Source: a virus. From it: a stretch of DNA of 64,000 nt. The position numbers were made by a program, and so were the translations under genes. The notes under the pieces were generated by a model. That model saw only the letters and a program-made list of their open reading frames with translations. It made no database searches and had not been told where the DNA came from. The stretch lies in IMG/VR virus record IMGVR_UViG_3300018877_000003, one strand, 5' to 3'. Shown here one piece after another: positions 49,875 to 58,409 of this stretch; position 1 is the stretch's first letter; the number at the start of each line of letters is the position of its first letter.

Positions 49875-50195
49875 TTAATTTCTTTCCAAATACAATTTCA
49901 TAGAGCTTTCAGTACCCCAAATATAAACACCGTTATCTGAATACTCTTCACGTTGTGGCGGATTGCCTATAATCTTCGCCTCTTGTTCAAAATCGAAATT
50001 CTCTAATTCTTTTAAATTAGTGACAACAAGCTTTCTAACCTCTCCAAGATAACCAGCAGGACACATTATAATTTGAATTTTTCTCTCATCTTGCGGAATG
50101 TTTAAATCGTCACAGCCAATGTTCTCTCCGTAGTAAAGAGATACAGCATAGTTGCCTTGCTGTTTAAATTTTTCTAAAACATCTTGCAATTTCAT
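49875..50195 (-). CDS. hypothetical protein
   Basis: 106-aa co-oriented ORF. Confidence 0.6.
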   Translation of the reverse strand: MKLQDVLEKFKQQGNYAVSLYYGENIGCDDLNIPQDERKIQIIMCPAGYLGEVRKLVVTNLKELENFDFEQEAKIIGNPPQREEYSDNGVYIWGTESSMKLYLERN

Positions 50196-50222
50196 CTCAA
50201 AACTCCCTATAAAATATATTTT

Positions 50223-50360
50223 TTATTTAACTCTAAAAATTCTTGATGATTTAATTAAATAGTAAGCATTGCAACATGGGCACTTCACCTTTAATTCTTG
50301 TAAGTCTATGCTCATGAAAAATGTATGACCATTTTCGCATTCATATCTCGTCACATTCAC
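50223..50360 (-). CDS. small zinc-ribbon ORF (45 aa, not in the ORF track)
   Basis: GTG start with an AGGAGATGA SD. Contains YECENGH...CPCC. Confidence 0.4.
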   Translation of the reverse strand: MNVTRYECENGHTFFMSIDLQELKVKCPCCNAYYLIKSSRIFRVK

Positions 50361-50389
50361 GTTATCATCTCCTAAATAAAAGTAAGATT

Positions 50390-50608
50390 TTATTCTGATT
50401 CAATCTCTTTAAAACTAACTCTCGCTACTTGACTAAGAGAAATAAACATAAATTCTTCTGCATTGTTTAAGCGAATAATTGCACTAACACCTTCTTTAAA
50501 AGCTGAGTCAATAATCTTTGCAATATTTTCAAATTCTTCTTCACGAAGTTCTTGCACTGCCTCCTCCTTGATTCCACTATTATATAAAATACTAATTTTT
50601 ACTTTCAT
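50390..50608 (-). CDS. hypothetical small protein
   Basis: 72-aa co-oriented ORF. Confidence 0.5.
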   Translation of the reverse strand: MKVKISILYNSGIKEEAVQELREEEFENIAKIIDSAFKEGVSAIIRLNNAEEFMFISLSQVARVSFKEIESE

Positions 50609-50642
50609 TCTTTTTTCTCCTTCCTATGTACCAATTTAAATT

Positions 50643-50858
50643 TTAAAATTCTTGCTCTAAAGAATTTTCTAAAAACAATTTTAAATTTATTGTCTCTTCT
50701 CTATCTAATTTAATTTTTCCATGAATAGAATGTGTTATTGTAATATTGGACAATCTTTTTTGAGGAACTTTATTTTCTCCAGTTATTCCGACTCCGTAAA
50801 AAGCACGATTGACCATACAATCTTCGCTGAGTAACTTGGTGTCTTTAAAATCTTTCAT
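50643..50858 (-). CDS. hypothetical small protein
   Basis: 71-aa co-oriented ORF. Confidence 0.5.
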   Translation of the reverse strand: MKDFKDTKLLSEDCMVNRAFYGVGITGENKVPQKRLSNITITHSIHGKIKLDREETINLKLFLENSLEQEF

Positions 50859-50911
50859 AATATTATTTCTCCTCTCATGATAAAAACAAGATTGATGTAT
50901 AACTCTATGAA

Positions 50912-51112
50912 TTACTTGTATTCAAAAATGAATCCTTCTTCTTCTTTAGGAATTTTAGAACACTCATTTGTATTTGGTTTAGAATTAACATATATAAATT
51001 CTTTATCTTCGCTCAAAATTTCATATTCTTTACCCTTTTCAAAGACAATATCACTGCAATTATCAGTAAAGAAAACATCTCTTTTAAAGACAACTAAATC
51101 CATTCTTTTCAC
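50912..51112 (-). CDS. hypothetical small protein
   Basis: 66-aa co-oriented ORF. Confidence 0.5.
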   Translation of the reverse strand: MKRMDLVVFKRDVFFTDNCSDIVFEKGKEYEILSEDKEFIYVNSKPNTNECSKIPKEEEGFIFEYK

Positions 51113-51149
51113 CCTTTCTGTTTGATATGCGATTGATAAAAATGATATT

Positions 51150-51386
51150 TTATTTATTATCTTTCACAATCCAACCCCAATCACCCCAACTAAAGAGATT
51201 AAAGATATTTCCTTTGAATCCCCATTTAACTACCACCTTATCCCATCCATCATATCCATCTGAAAATCCATATTTATCTTTGATAGGATTTTTTAATGTG
51301 CCGCAACCGCCACAACATTCATCTAGTTTCCACCCGCTTATATGTCCACATTTATCGCATTGGTACATTGTTTTCCACTCATTCAT
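51150..51386 (-). CDS. zinc-ribbon protein
   Basis: 78 aa. Contains CDKCGH...CCGGCG. Confidence 0.55.
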   Translation of the reverse strand: MNEWKTMYQCDKCGHISGWKLDECCGGCGTLKNPIKDKYGFSDGYDGWDKVVVKWGFKGNIFNLFSWGDWGWIVKDNK

Positions 51387-51404
51387 ATTATCACCGCTTA
51401 ATCA

Positions 51405-51590
51405 TCAAAATTCTTCTTCTTCATCTAGTCCCATCAATTCAATTTCTTCTGCCCAATTTTTAATTTGATTTACAGGAATAGCAATTTGGATTTCTTCAAA
51501 GTCTTCATCTTTTACATCCACAACAATTGATTTATCTGTAACTACTCTACCTTTACCTTTCAATAAATAGCCTTTTTGCATCTTAATCAT
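51405..51590 (-). CDS. hypothetical small protein
   Basis: 61-aa co-oriented ORF. Confidence 0.5.
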   Translation of the reverse strand: MIKMQKGYLLKGKGRVVTDKSIVVDVKDEDFEEIQIAIPVNQIKNWAEEIELMGLDEEEEF

Positions 51591-51640
51591 TCAAAAACAT
51601 CTCCCTTGTAAGTTGATTAGTTCTTCTTAATTCATACGTA

Positions 51641-51982
51641 TCAAACGTTAGGTGAAACTAAAATTTGCAATCCGCTCTCACCATAGTCCCACATTTTAAC
51701 GAAAGGATACGTGCCCTCTGGAAGATTAAAAACTCTCTTTTCATATGGTTTGATTACTTCCATGTCACATACAGTTCCATGAATTTTCGTTGCAGGGTGT
51801 ATACTTATTTCTCTTTCTGTATCATTAAAATATACAAACTTCATTAAAGCACTCCTTTGCTCTTCTTTCATTTGTTTTTGTTTTTCATAACACACATTAA
51901 ACAGCCAATCCTCAATCAATCCATACCGATCTTCAATTAATCCCTTCCATTCAAGAGGTATCTCGACAGTGATCTTCTGCAT
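51641..51982 (-). CDS. hypothetical protein
   Basis: 113-aa co-oriented ORF. Confidence 0.6.
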   Translation of the reverse strand: MQKITVEIPLEWKGLIEDRYGLIEDWLFNVCYEKQKQMKEEQRSALMKFVYFNDTEREISIHPATKIHGTVCDMEVIKPYEKRVFNLPEGTYPFVKMWDYGESGLQILVSPNV

Positions 51983-51985
51983 ATT

Positions 51986-52186
51986 TCACTCTCCACTAAT
52001 TCTTTTGTTACTTCTCTTTTCTGCCAACCACATAAGTTGATTTTCCTTCAATCTTTCCTCAACTTTTTCAGGTGGTACTAATGGAAATTCGGTTGTTTCC
52101 CAAAGAATAAACTCGCACTCTTTATCGTCTGCATCAGGGAAATATTTTCTAACCAAATCGAACCAAGTCATTCCTTCATAAAACAT
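51986..52186 (-). CDS. hypothetical small protein
   Basis: 66-aa co-oriented ORF. Confidence 0.5.
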   Translation of the reverse strand: MFYEGMTWFDLVRKYFPDADDKECEFILWETTEFPLVPPEKVEERLKENQLMWLAEKRSNKRISGE

Positions 52187-52330
52187 TTGATTTCACCCTC
52201 ATTCAATTAATCTTTCAGTCATTATAAATTCTGTCTAAAAGATTCCATTGCCATTTATAAAAATGCTTTTCAGGGTAGGATAATTGTTTAAAATTTATAT
52301 AAACACTTTTTTGTCTAATAGTCATAAGAA

Positions 52331-52368
52331 TAAAAAGCATTTTGAAAGGAGATTTAATGGCTTTCAAA
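52331..52368 (-). terminator. candidate terminator inside the small-gene block
   Basis: TTTGAAAG-12 nt-CTTTCAAA, followed by AATGCTTTTTATT on the - strand. Confidence 0.4.
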
Positions 52369-52385
52369 TTCATTCATTCCTTTAG

Positions 52386-52574
52386 TTAAACTTCAAATTT
52401 ATATAATTCGTAATCATCATCAACTAATCGGTAGCATTTAAGGCTGTCCAAACCTGAAAATTTCTCATTTAAAAATTCAACAATTTTCTCCCCGTGGTAT
52501 TTATTAATGTTTTCACAAACCAACACATCGTCTACAGTTTCTTTATTAAAATTGTCTACGCAAATTATTTTCAA
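52386..52574 (-). CDS. hypothetical small protein
   Basis: 62-aa co-oriented ORF. Confidence 0.5.
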   Translation of the reverse strand: MKIICVDNFNKETVDDVLVCENINKYHGEKIVEFLNEKFSGLDSLKCYRLVDDDYELYKFEV

Positions 52575-52576
52575 TA

Positions 52577-52768
52577 TTACTCTCCTTCCACTACTTCATC
52601 TTTAAATACATCTTTAATTTTCTTTATCGCTGATTTAATCATTCTTATATCTGTTATAGCTCCATCTTCATATGGTTTTTCCCATTCCTTATTGAATAAC
52701 GCATCAATTCTTTCCTCTTCTTCTTTTTCTAAAACTGCTAAAGCAAAGCTAATATCTTTATGTTTCAT
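52577..52768 (-). CDS. hypothetical small protein
   Basis: 63 aa from ATG 52768 (GGTGAGGG SD). Confidence 0.5.
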   Translation of the reverse strand: MKHKDISFALAVLEKEEEERIDALFNKEWEKPYEDGAITDIRMIKSAIKKIKDVFKDEVVEGE

Positions 52769-52904
52769 TACGACCCTCACCTAGATTAACCTTTTCTTTT
52801 GTAAGTTTATGTATCATATTAGCTATTTCAATTAAAAGATAAAGTATGTTGCTTCCCAATAAATATAAGAGATGGACAGAATTTGTTGTTATATTTGTTT
52901 TCAT
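52758..52904 (-). CDS. small ORF (48 aa, not in the ORF track)
   Basis: AAGGAGA SD 6 nt before the ATG. Has a hydrophobic centre (LLYLLGSNILYLLIEI). Confidence 0.4.
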   Translation of the reverse strand: MKTNITTNSVHLLYLLGSNILYLLIEIANMIHKLTKEKVNLGEGRNET

Positions 52905-52915
52905 TAACTATCTCC

Positions 52916-53098
52916 TTATTGTATTGCCATTGTTAATAGTATCGGAGTAAAAGCTGAGGCCACGGAAGTAGAAATTATTGCTCCCCACATCATTGCCGCT
53001 CCTCTGTGTTTTTTAGAAAATAATTGACCAATAAAAGTTCCTAGAAATGGGGATGCGAGTAGTATTGTTATGTAAATAATAATCATGTCATTTGTCAA
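52916..53098 (-). CDS. small two-pass membrane protein
   Basis: 60 aa with two hydrophobic helices. Confidence 0.55.
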   Translation of the reverse strand: MTNDMIIIYITILLASPFLGTFIGQLFSKKHRGAAMMWGAIISTSVASAFTPILLTMAIQ

Positions 53099-53127
53099 GA
53101 GGTTTCCTCCTCACATATCAATGGTTT

Positions 53128-53280
53128 TCAACCCTCATATTCTCCATGTGTATCAAATCCACACCGCCGACAATATCCAGCTTGTTCAATATCGTAACTC
53201 CAGTATCCTGTACTAACTGTATATGTAATCCAATCATGATCTTTGTATTTGCAAATCAAACGTTTTAAGTATTTCAACAT
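53128..53280 (-). CDS. small Cys-containing ORF (50 aa, not in the ORF track)
   Basis: AGGTGA SD. Contains LICKYKDHDW...CRRCG, the same pattern as 28082..28375. Confidence 0.4.
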   Translation of the reverse strand: MLKYLKRLICKYKDHDWITYTVSTGYWSYDIEQAGYCRRCGFDTHGEYEG

Positions 53281-53289
53281 ATCTATCAC

Positions 53290-53622
53290 CTATAAAACTT
53301 CTGTTAGTATTCTAAAAGATTTAAGCCTATCGCCTTCTATTTCAACTTCAATTGGCTTTCCAATTAATTCAGAAACATAATTCACTTTTGCATCATCAAG
53401 AACTCTCTTTAAGTCTTTCAATGCTCTTTCATACCTTTCATATTTTTGGATTTCGCTTTCCCAAAAGCAATTTTCACTAACATTTACAGTATGGTATCCA
53501 TCATCGCTAACATTGAAACCTCCATTAAACTCAAATGCTAGTTGGAGACCAAGAAAATAATCTCTTTCTTTAACAGTTCCAAATTCAGCTTGTACGATTT
53601 TCCCTAAAAATGTTCCATCCAT
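53290..53622 (-). CDS. hypothetical protein
   Basis: 110 aa from M8 (AAGGAGG SD 7 nt upstream). Confidence 0.6.
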   Translation of the reverse strand: MDGTFLGKIVQAEFGTVKERDYFLGLQLAFEFNGGFNVSDDGYHTVNVSENCFWESEIQKYERYERALKDLKRVLDDAKVNYVSELIGKPIEVEIEGDRLKSFRILTEVL

Positions 53623-53635
53623 TGCTTTTCCTCCT

Positions 53636-53836
53636 TTATTCATCTTCTATATTGAAATATTGGTTAACTTTTATTGGATATTCGCCTAAATATGTGCGAA
53701 TCTCATTTAAACTTTCAATGACTTTATCAAAAGGCTCTCTAACATGAGGTGCATATTCAACTGATGAATCTGATTGCCCTAATTCACTTAAATTTTCATC
53801 TAATTTTTTGAAATATTTCTGTAATGTTTTGTCCAC
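53636..53836 (-). CDS. hypothetical small protein
   Basis: 66-aa co-oriented ORF. Confidence 0.5.
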   Translation of the reverse strand: MDKTLQKYFKKLDENLSELGQSDSSVEYAPHVREPFDKVIESLNEIRTYLGEYPIKVNQYFNIEDE

Positions 53837-53865
53837 TTAATCCACCCCTTAATAAAAACTATCTT

Positions 53866-54216
53866 TTATTCAATCTCTATATTCAACCCTGTTGCTCCCA
53901 CTTTAATTTCCTTCATCTCTCCAATTTGTGGTATATATAAATGTTTCTTTCCATTCACCGAAACAATTTCACCCTTCCAACAACCGTTTTGCACAAAGAA
54001 TTTTGTCCCAATTGGTAAAGTGTGAATATCTGCGTTCTCTATATATTCTCCTTCCTCTCTATACACCTCTCCTTGTTCAGAAACCCTCCTTTTAGAAACT
54101 TTAATATCGATTTTGTATAGTGAATTTTCATCTTCAAGCATTAAATTATGTAACCAATCAGTTACTTTTGATTGCCCATCAATAACGTTAACTGTATCGA
54201 AAATCTTCCTATACAT
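53866..54216 (-). CDS. hypothetical protein
   Basis: 116-aa co-oriented ORF. Confidence 0.6.
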   Translation of the reverse strand: MYRKIFDTVNVIDGQSKVTDWLHNLMLEDENSLYKIDIKVSKRRVSEQGEVYREEGEYIENADIHTLPIGTKFFVQNGCWKGEIVSVNGKKHLYIPQIGEMKEIKVGATGLNIEIE

Positions 54217-54217
54217 G

Positions 54218-54412
54218 TCATTCCTCTTCTCTTGAAAAATACTTGTCTACCACTTGTTTTTCTAAGTAAACGACACCATCTATTAATATGCCTCTATGTG
54301 CATCTACATCTTTAACAGTAACCGTTCCGCCTTTCCAGAAGTTATTTAGGCAATCTTCTTTAACAGTTAATGTTTGACCCTTATAATAATCATATTGATT
54401 CCTTTTATTCAT
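54218..54412 (-). CDS. hypothetical small protein
   Basis: 64 aa from M8 (GGAGAGGAG SD). Confidence 0.5.
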   Translation of the reverse strand: MNKRNQYDYYKGQTLTVKEDCLNNFWKGGTVTVKDVDAHRGILIDGVVYLEKQVVDKYFSREEE

Positions 54413-54507
54413 TGATCTCCTCTCCAGATCCATCAGCTTGTCCTCCGCTCTGAATAAAATAACCCCTTTATTGAGCCTTATAATTTCGACTCTTTTGCTT
54501 TTTATGT

Positions 54508-54807
54508 TTACTTATGAATGCCGCTCTCTTCAATTAATTCATATGTTTCTTCAAAAATCTCTTTTTCAACCGGATATCGCTCACCTTTAACACCTGTAAC
54601 AATATAGTGCTTTCCAACTTCAACTTCATACCATCCTTCAAGTGTTTTAATTGCTGGTCTCCTATTTGTTTTAGGAATGTACCCATCTTTTGGGAAGAAC
54701 CCTAATAATTTATCCGAGAACAATGGGTAGCATGCATATCCATCTTCCATTCCCATTTCGAATAACTCCGCTTCAACAACAATAGGTTTTTTACGATATT
54801 TAGCCAA
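54508..54807 (-). CDS. hypothetical phage protein
   Basis: 99 aa. KKPIVVEAE...GERYPVEKEIFEETYE is a pattern I recall from widespread small phage proteins. Family not verified. Confidence 0.6.
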   Translation of the reverse strand: MAKYRKKPIVVEAELFEMGMEDGYACYPLFSDKLLGFFPKDGYIPKTNRRPAIKTLEGWYEVEVGKHYIVTGVKGERYPVEKEIFEETYELIEESGIHK

Positions 54808-54820
54808 TCCTTGCTCCTCC

Positions 54821-55168
54821 TCAAATTGTTTTATATGTCAATAAAATGATAATCTGTAAAATATGTATACCCTGATCGATCACCAATCCTGCACCTAACG
54901 GATTTAACTTTTTATAAAACCCTACGGGTTTTGCTTTCATATAATCTGCGATAGCATGAACTACAAATAGCCATACAATATCTATTGGTGTGACAAGAAT
55001 ATTCATAAACCACAATGCGATACAGATGACACCTGTCCAAATTCCAGCATGTGTTGCTAAGATAATTAGATTTTTACCTTTCATATTCGCAAGAAAGTCT
55101 CCTTGCAATGGGTAATCAGCCAATAAATGTGCAAATAATAAAATTAAAAACATCATATAAACGCTCAT
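54821..55168 (-). CDS. multi-pass membrane protein (DUF3307-like)
   Basis: 115 aa. Contains HLLADYPLQ...HAIADY and about 4 TM helices. Confidence 0.6.
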   Translation of the reverse strand: MSVYMMFLILLFAHLLADYPLQGDFLANMKGKNLIILATHAGIWTGVICIALWFMNILVTPIDIVWLFVVHAIADYMKAKPVGFYKKLNPLGAGLVIDQGIHILQIIILLTYKTI

Positions 55169-55180
55169 AATTCACTCCCT

Positions 55181-55342
55181 TTACAAAGCAAATCCTGTTA
55201 CTTTTAGAAAATAAATTAAACATCCTAATCCCAAAAAGAATGGAATAACTTTAAACACTACCGAACTACCAAAATCTCTCGTCTTTAAAATTAGACTAAG
55301 GAAAATATTGTAAATACCACATGCTAAAACAATCCAAATCAT
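55181..55342 (-). CDS. small membrane protein (53 aa, not in the ORF track)
   Basis: AAGGAGG SD. Sequence begins MIWIVLACGIYNIFLSLIL... Confidence 0.5.
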   Translation of the reverse strand: MIWIVLACGIYNIFLSLILKTRDFGSSVVFKVIPFFLGLGCLIYFLKVTGFAL

Positions 55343-55515
55343 AATTGATCCTCCTTCTTTTCTACTTGTTTTATAATGTCTTTTAGGTCTACTACGGTCA
55401 GCAAGACTGTTCTTCCATCAATCGTTCCTATAACTGCATCGTTATTATCAAGCATTTCAGATGTAAGCTTTGAATCTAAAAAGCGAATTTTATTTACGTT
55501 AATCTTTAACTCCAT
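55339..55515 (-). CDS. small ORF (58 aa, not in the ORF track)
   Basis: GAGAGGAA SD. ATGA overlap with the next gene. Confidence 0.4.
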   Translation of the reverse strand: MELKINVNKIRFLDSKLTSEMLDNNDAVIGTIDGRTVLLTVVDLKDIIKQVEKKEDQL

Positions 55516-55602
55516 ATACTCATTCCTCTCTTAGATTTTTGAGTTCTTCTACTTCGTCATATTTTGTACCGCGCTTAATTTTGAAGCATTGTACTTCCCT
55601 CA

Positions 55603-55839
55603 TCAAATCTTCCTCCGATCTGTTTCCCAAGCAATGATAAACCTAGTCTGATCCTTGATAGAGAATTTTTTCACTTTAAAGCCATATAGCCCATACTCTT
55701 TAGGATGATAACCAACTTCAATGCTAGTATTGAAAACCAAATCATTTTCATCAACCACGCCAGAGGCTTCTATCAGTGCTTTGTGTTTTAAAAAGTATCC
55801 TGAATGACTTTTTTCATACTTTAAAATTTTAATCTCCAT
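55603..55839 (-). CDS. hypothetical small protein
   Basis: 78-aa co-oriented ORF. Confidence 0.55.
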   Translation of the reverse strand: MEIKILKYEKSHSGYFLKHKALIEASGVVDENDLVFNTSIEVGYHPKEYGLYGFKVKKFSIKDQTRFIIAWETDRRKI

Positions 55840-55859
55840 TATGTATATATCCCTTCTAA

Positions 55860-55878
55860 CATTATTAATTAGTTTTGT
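55860..55878 (-). promoter_or_regulatory. 19-nt element copy O (exact), no credible hexamers
   Basis: The - strand reads CACC-ACAAAACTAATTAATAATG-TTAGAAGGGA, running directly into the SD region. Confidence 0.45.
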
Positions 55879-55884
55879 GGTGTT

Positions 55885-56109
55885 TTAAAAAAGATGATTT
55901 GCGTAAATTGATCCATCTAGTCTTTCAATAGTTACTTTGTCTTCATTTTGCAAGGTTTGCATAACAGTTTTTGAGTTTAATCTGTGACCAGTAATTCCGA
56001 ATTTATGCTTTGTTACTTCGTACAAATTGTTATAAACCTCTGTAAAGTAAAAATTAGCTCTTTCTTTTGCCTTTTTGTTGCACTTTGATTCATATATATA
56101 ACGCATCAA
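55885..56109 (-). CDS. hypothetical small protein
   Basis: 74-aa co-oriented ORF. Confidence 0.55.
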   Translation of the reverse strand: MMRYIYESKCNKKAKERANFYFTEVYNNLYEVTKHKFGITGHRLNSKTVMQTLQNEDKVTIERLDGSIYANHLF

Positions 56110-56159
56110 AATCTCTCCTTATTAAGCAAGATCGAACTAACAATTAATTATGTATTATT

Positions 56160-56188
56160 ATTTTCTCATTATTAATTAGTTTTGTCAA
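56160..56188 (-). promoter_or_regulatory. 19-nt element copy P (exact) with -35 TTGACA and -10 GAAAAT
   Basis: The -35 overlaps the stop codon of 56185..56856. Confidence 0.5.
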
Positions 56189-56856
56189 CTGCCAAAATCG
56201 TTTCTTTCATCGTTTATATGTAAAATTTCTAACTCTCTTTCATTAAAGCCAACTTCATGTAATTTTAAAAGCATCTTCGCCACTTCATGATTAGTAATGG
56301 TAAATCCGCGCTCAACAAATTTCTTTATTCTAATAATTGTTCCACAAATATCTCTAGCTCTCTTTTCATTGTATTTAAGCTTATTGTCATTTAAATACTC
56401 CCAGCCAACTAACGTCTCAATCTCTCCATTTATGTAGTAATACATATTATGTTTAAAGTCAAATTCTCCAATTACATCCTCTGGTTTGCCCACCCATTTA
56501 GTAATTATCTGGTACATTCCAATTGATATTGCATTGTCAGTATATACAAGAGTCTCACCCTTATACTTTCCGATTTTGACACCATTTTTATATTTAAGTG
56601 TTCCATTATCAAAGAATCTCCGTAATTCTTTTACGAGCGACTCATCTGTTAAAAAGAAATCATAATCCTTTGGTATTTGATTATTATATAAACTGTAAAT
56701 AGCTCCACCAGCCAAATATGATTTGTTTTTAAACTCCTCCTGATATTCTGGAGGAAGAAGGTTTGTAAAATCTTTCTTTGCTTTTTCAAGGTCTTTTTTA
56801 ATATTTGCAAGTTGCAAAAAAGGCTTCATACCTCGATAAACAGTTTCTTTCCCCAT
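56185..56856 (-). CDS. hypothetical protein, possible nucleotidyltransferase head (GG...DxD-like)
   Basis: 223 aa. YLAGGAIYSLYNNQIPKDYDFFL is reminiscent of the CCA-adding/poly(A) polymerase head motif GGxVRD...DxD. The resemblance is weak. Confidence 0.6.
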   Translation of the reverse strand: MGKETVYRGMKPFLQLANIKKDLEKAKKDFTNLLPPEYQEEFKNKSYLAGGAIYSLYNNQIPKDYDFFLTDESLVKELRRFFDNGTLKYKNGVKIGKYKGETLVYTDNAISIGMYQIITKWVGKPEDVIGEFDFKHNMYYYINGEIETLVGWEYLNDNKLKYNEKRARDICGTIIRIKKFVERGFTITNHEVAKMLLKLHEVGFNERELEILHINDERNDFGS

Positions 56857-57305
56857 TACTTCACCTCGTCCATAGCTAAGTTTGCCAACTCATCTGCTCT
56901 TTCGTTTAGATCAACACCTGCATGTCCTTTTACTTTTAACACTTGAATATCTTCCTGTTTTGAAACAAGATTATCAAGGTGTTTCCAAAGTTCAAGGTTT
57001 TCAGGATTTTTTCCATCGCCTTTCTTCCAACCTTTTTTCTTCCATCCTTTAACCCATTGATTTATTCCATTTACCACATAAGCAGAATCCATGTGTAAAC
57101 GAACAGGAATATTTGTTGTTTTAAGTGTCTCTAGCGCATTGATAGCTCCTTTTAATTCTTGAATATTATTGGTGGTATTTCTTTCTCCTGCGTAAAGCTC
57201 TTTTACATGGCCGTTATATTGAAGCACCGCTCCCCAACCACCAATATTATTCTCTTTACCATTATTCCTACAACCTCCATCAGCATAGATAATAATTTCG
57301 CTCAT
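56856..57305 (-). CDS. rnhA: ribonuclease HI
   Basis: Contains IYADGGCRNNG, NNIQELKG, MDSAYV, VKGHAG and NERADELA. Start at M10 (AAAGGGGAG SD). Confidence 0.85.
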   Translation of the reverse strand: MSEIIIYADGGCRNNGKENNIGGWGAVLQYNGHVKELYAGERNTTNNIQELKGAINALETLKTTNIPVRLHMDSAYVVNGINQWVKGWKKKGWKKGDGKNPENLELWKHLDNLVSKQEDIQVLKVKGHAGVDLNERADELANLAMDEVK

Positions 57306-57316
57306 ACGCTCCCCTT

Positions 57317-57538
57317 TCAAACGAATTTCCAATAAACGGTTTTTGATTCTTCATCTATTCCCAACTTGATTTCGTAAATATCTCCCCATCCACCTCTTAT
57401 AGTCAGGCTTTTATTTAAATGTATAATTCTATTTTCTTTTAATTCAGCATATTTCTTTGCATATTTAATTCCAAAGAAAGTTTTATATGAGAGTAATATT
57501 TTTTCAATATTTGCAAGAGTGACCTCCACTAGATGCAT
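57317..57538 (-). CDS. hypothetical small protein
   Basis: 73-aa co-oriented ORF. Confidence 0.5.
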   Translation of the reverse strand: MHLVEVTLANIEKILLSYKTFFGIKYAKKYAELKENRIIHLNKSLTIRGGWGDIYEIKLGIDEESKTVYWKFV

Positions 57539-57612
57539 TCCAATTTGCTCAATCTCGTATTTTGGGAATAATATTTCAAGCCTATTTTCAATATATTCAG
57601 CAGTATAAGAAG

Positions 57613-58095
57613 TTACTGCCTCAACTCACTCCTGACTTCCATAAGAACTTTACCTAATAAATTCAGACCTTTCCACTTTTCAGGGTTTTCGGCATCAGGA
57701 TGACTTTCCGACAATCCAATACCCCAAATCTTATCATAAGGGCTGGCCTCAACTAACATCCTATTCCCTGTAGATAGGATTGCGATCTTTGCATGTGGAT
57801 GTGAGAACTTATCCTTTAAGACTTCTTTATAAATTCTTTCTCTGTTTTTCAGCCAGACTTCTTCATTAAATGGGATTTGTCTGCTTCTCCCCAAAGATTT
57901 ACATTCTTTTGGTGAATTAGCTTCTAAGATTTTCGATGCAATTTTATGTGCTCCAAAAAGCTTTGCCTTTCTGTACATTACAGCTTGTTCTGACCATTTA
58001 AATGAAACACCTTGATGTTCAAACGGAAAGTAATGAAAGTTTGAAAAAACATCTTCCGCTCCCCAGAAGAAAACAAATTTATCAGTTAACTTCAT
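57613..58095 (-). CDS. NADAR (YbiA/DUF1768) family protein
   Basis: Contains FFWGAEDVFSNFHYFPF..GVSFKWSEQAVMYRKAKLF, KSLGRS, VWL.NRE, LLSTGNRMLVEASPYDKIWGIG. Confidence 0.8.
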   Translation of the reverse strand: MKLTDKFVFFWGAEDVFSNFHYFPFEHQGVSFKWSEQAVMYRKAKLFGAHKIASKILEANSPKECKSLGRSRQIPFNEEVWLKNRERIYKEVLKDKFSHPHAKIAILSTGNRMLVEASPYDKIWGIGLSESHPDAENPEKWKGLNLLGKVLMEVRSELRQ

Positions 58096-58112
58096 TCGCC
58101 CAATTCCTTTCG

Positions 58113-58409
58113 TTAGTTCTCGTTTGCCGGATGACGGTACAAAATTTTTATAGAGTCCACACGACCAATTCCCACGGACATTTCTGTTACGTAACCGTTT
58201 TCTGGATTATCTTTCATTAAGCTTCTTGCATACACTTCAATGTGTTGGTCTGAAACTCGTTTAACTACTCCAACTGTTTTCTTCGGCAAATCGTAGTATC
58301 CGGGAGGCAGTTTTAGTAATCGGAACTCGTATTCACTAAATTCAATTATGTCTCCCTTTCCAATCTTACTGCGGTCGAATATAGTTCGTGTTTCTGTTTT
58401 TGTAATCAT
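58113..58409 (-). CDS. hypothetical protein
   Basis: 98-aa ORF with a 4-nt overlap with its upstream neighbour. Confidence 0.6.
   Translation of the reverse strand: MITKTETRTIFDRSKIGKGDIIEFSEYEFRLLKLPPGYYDLPKKTVGVVKRVSDQHIEVYARSLMKDNPENGYVTEMSVGIGRVDSIKILYRHPANEN

Noticed and set aside
52357-52389. A + strand 10-codon ORF (MAFKFIHSFS) with a strong GAAAGGAGA SD, considered as a possible signalling peptide gene.
   Set aside because: The SD and the first codons are the loop and 3' arm of a TTTGAAAG/CTTTCAAA hairpin, which reads as the - strand terminator after 52386..52574. There is no convincing + strand promoter and no signal peptide.
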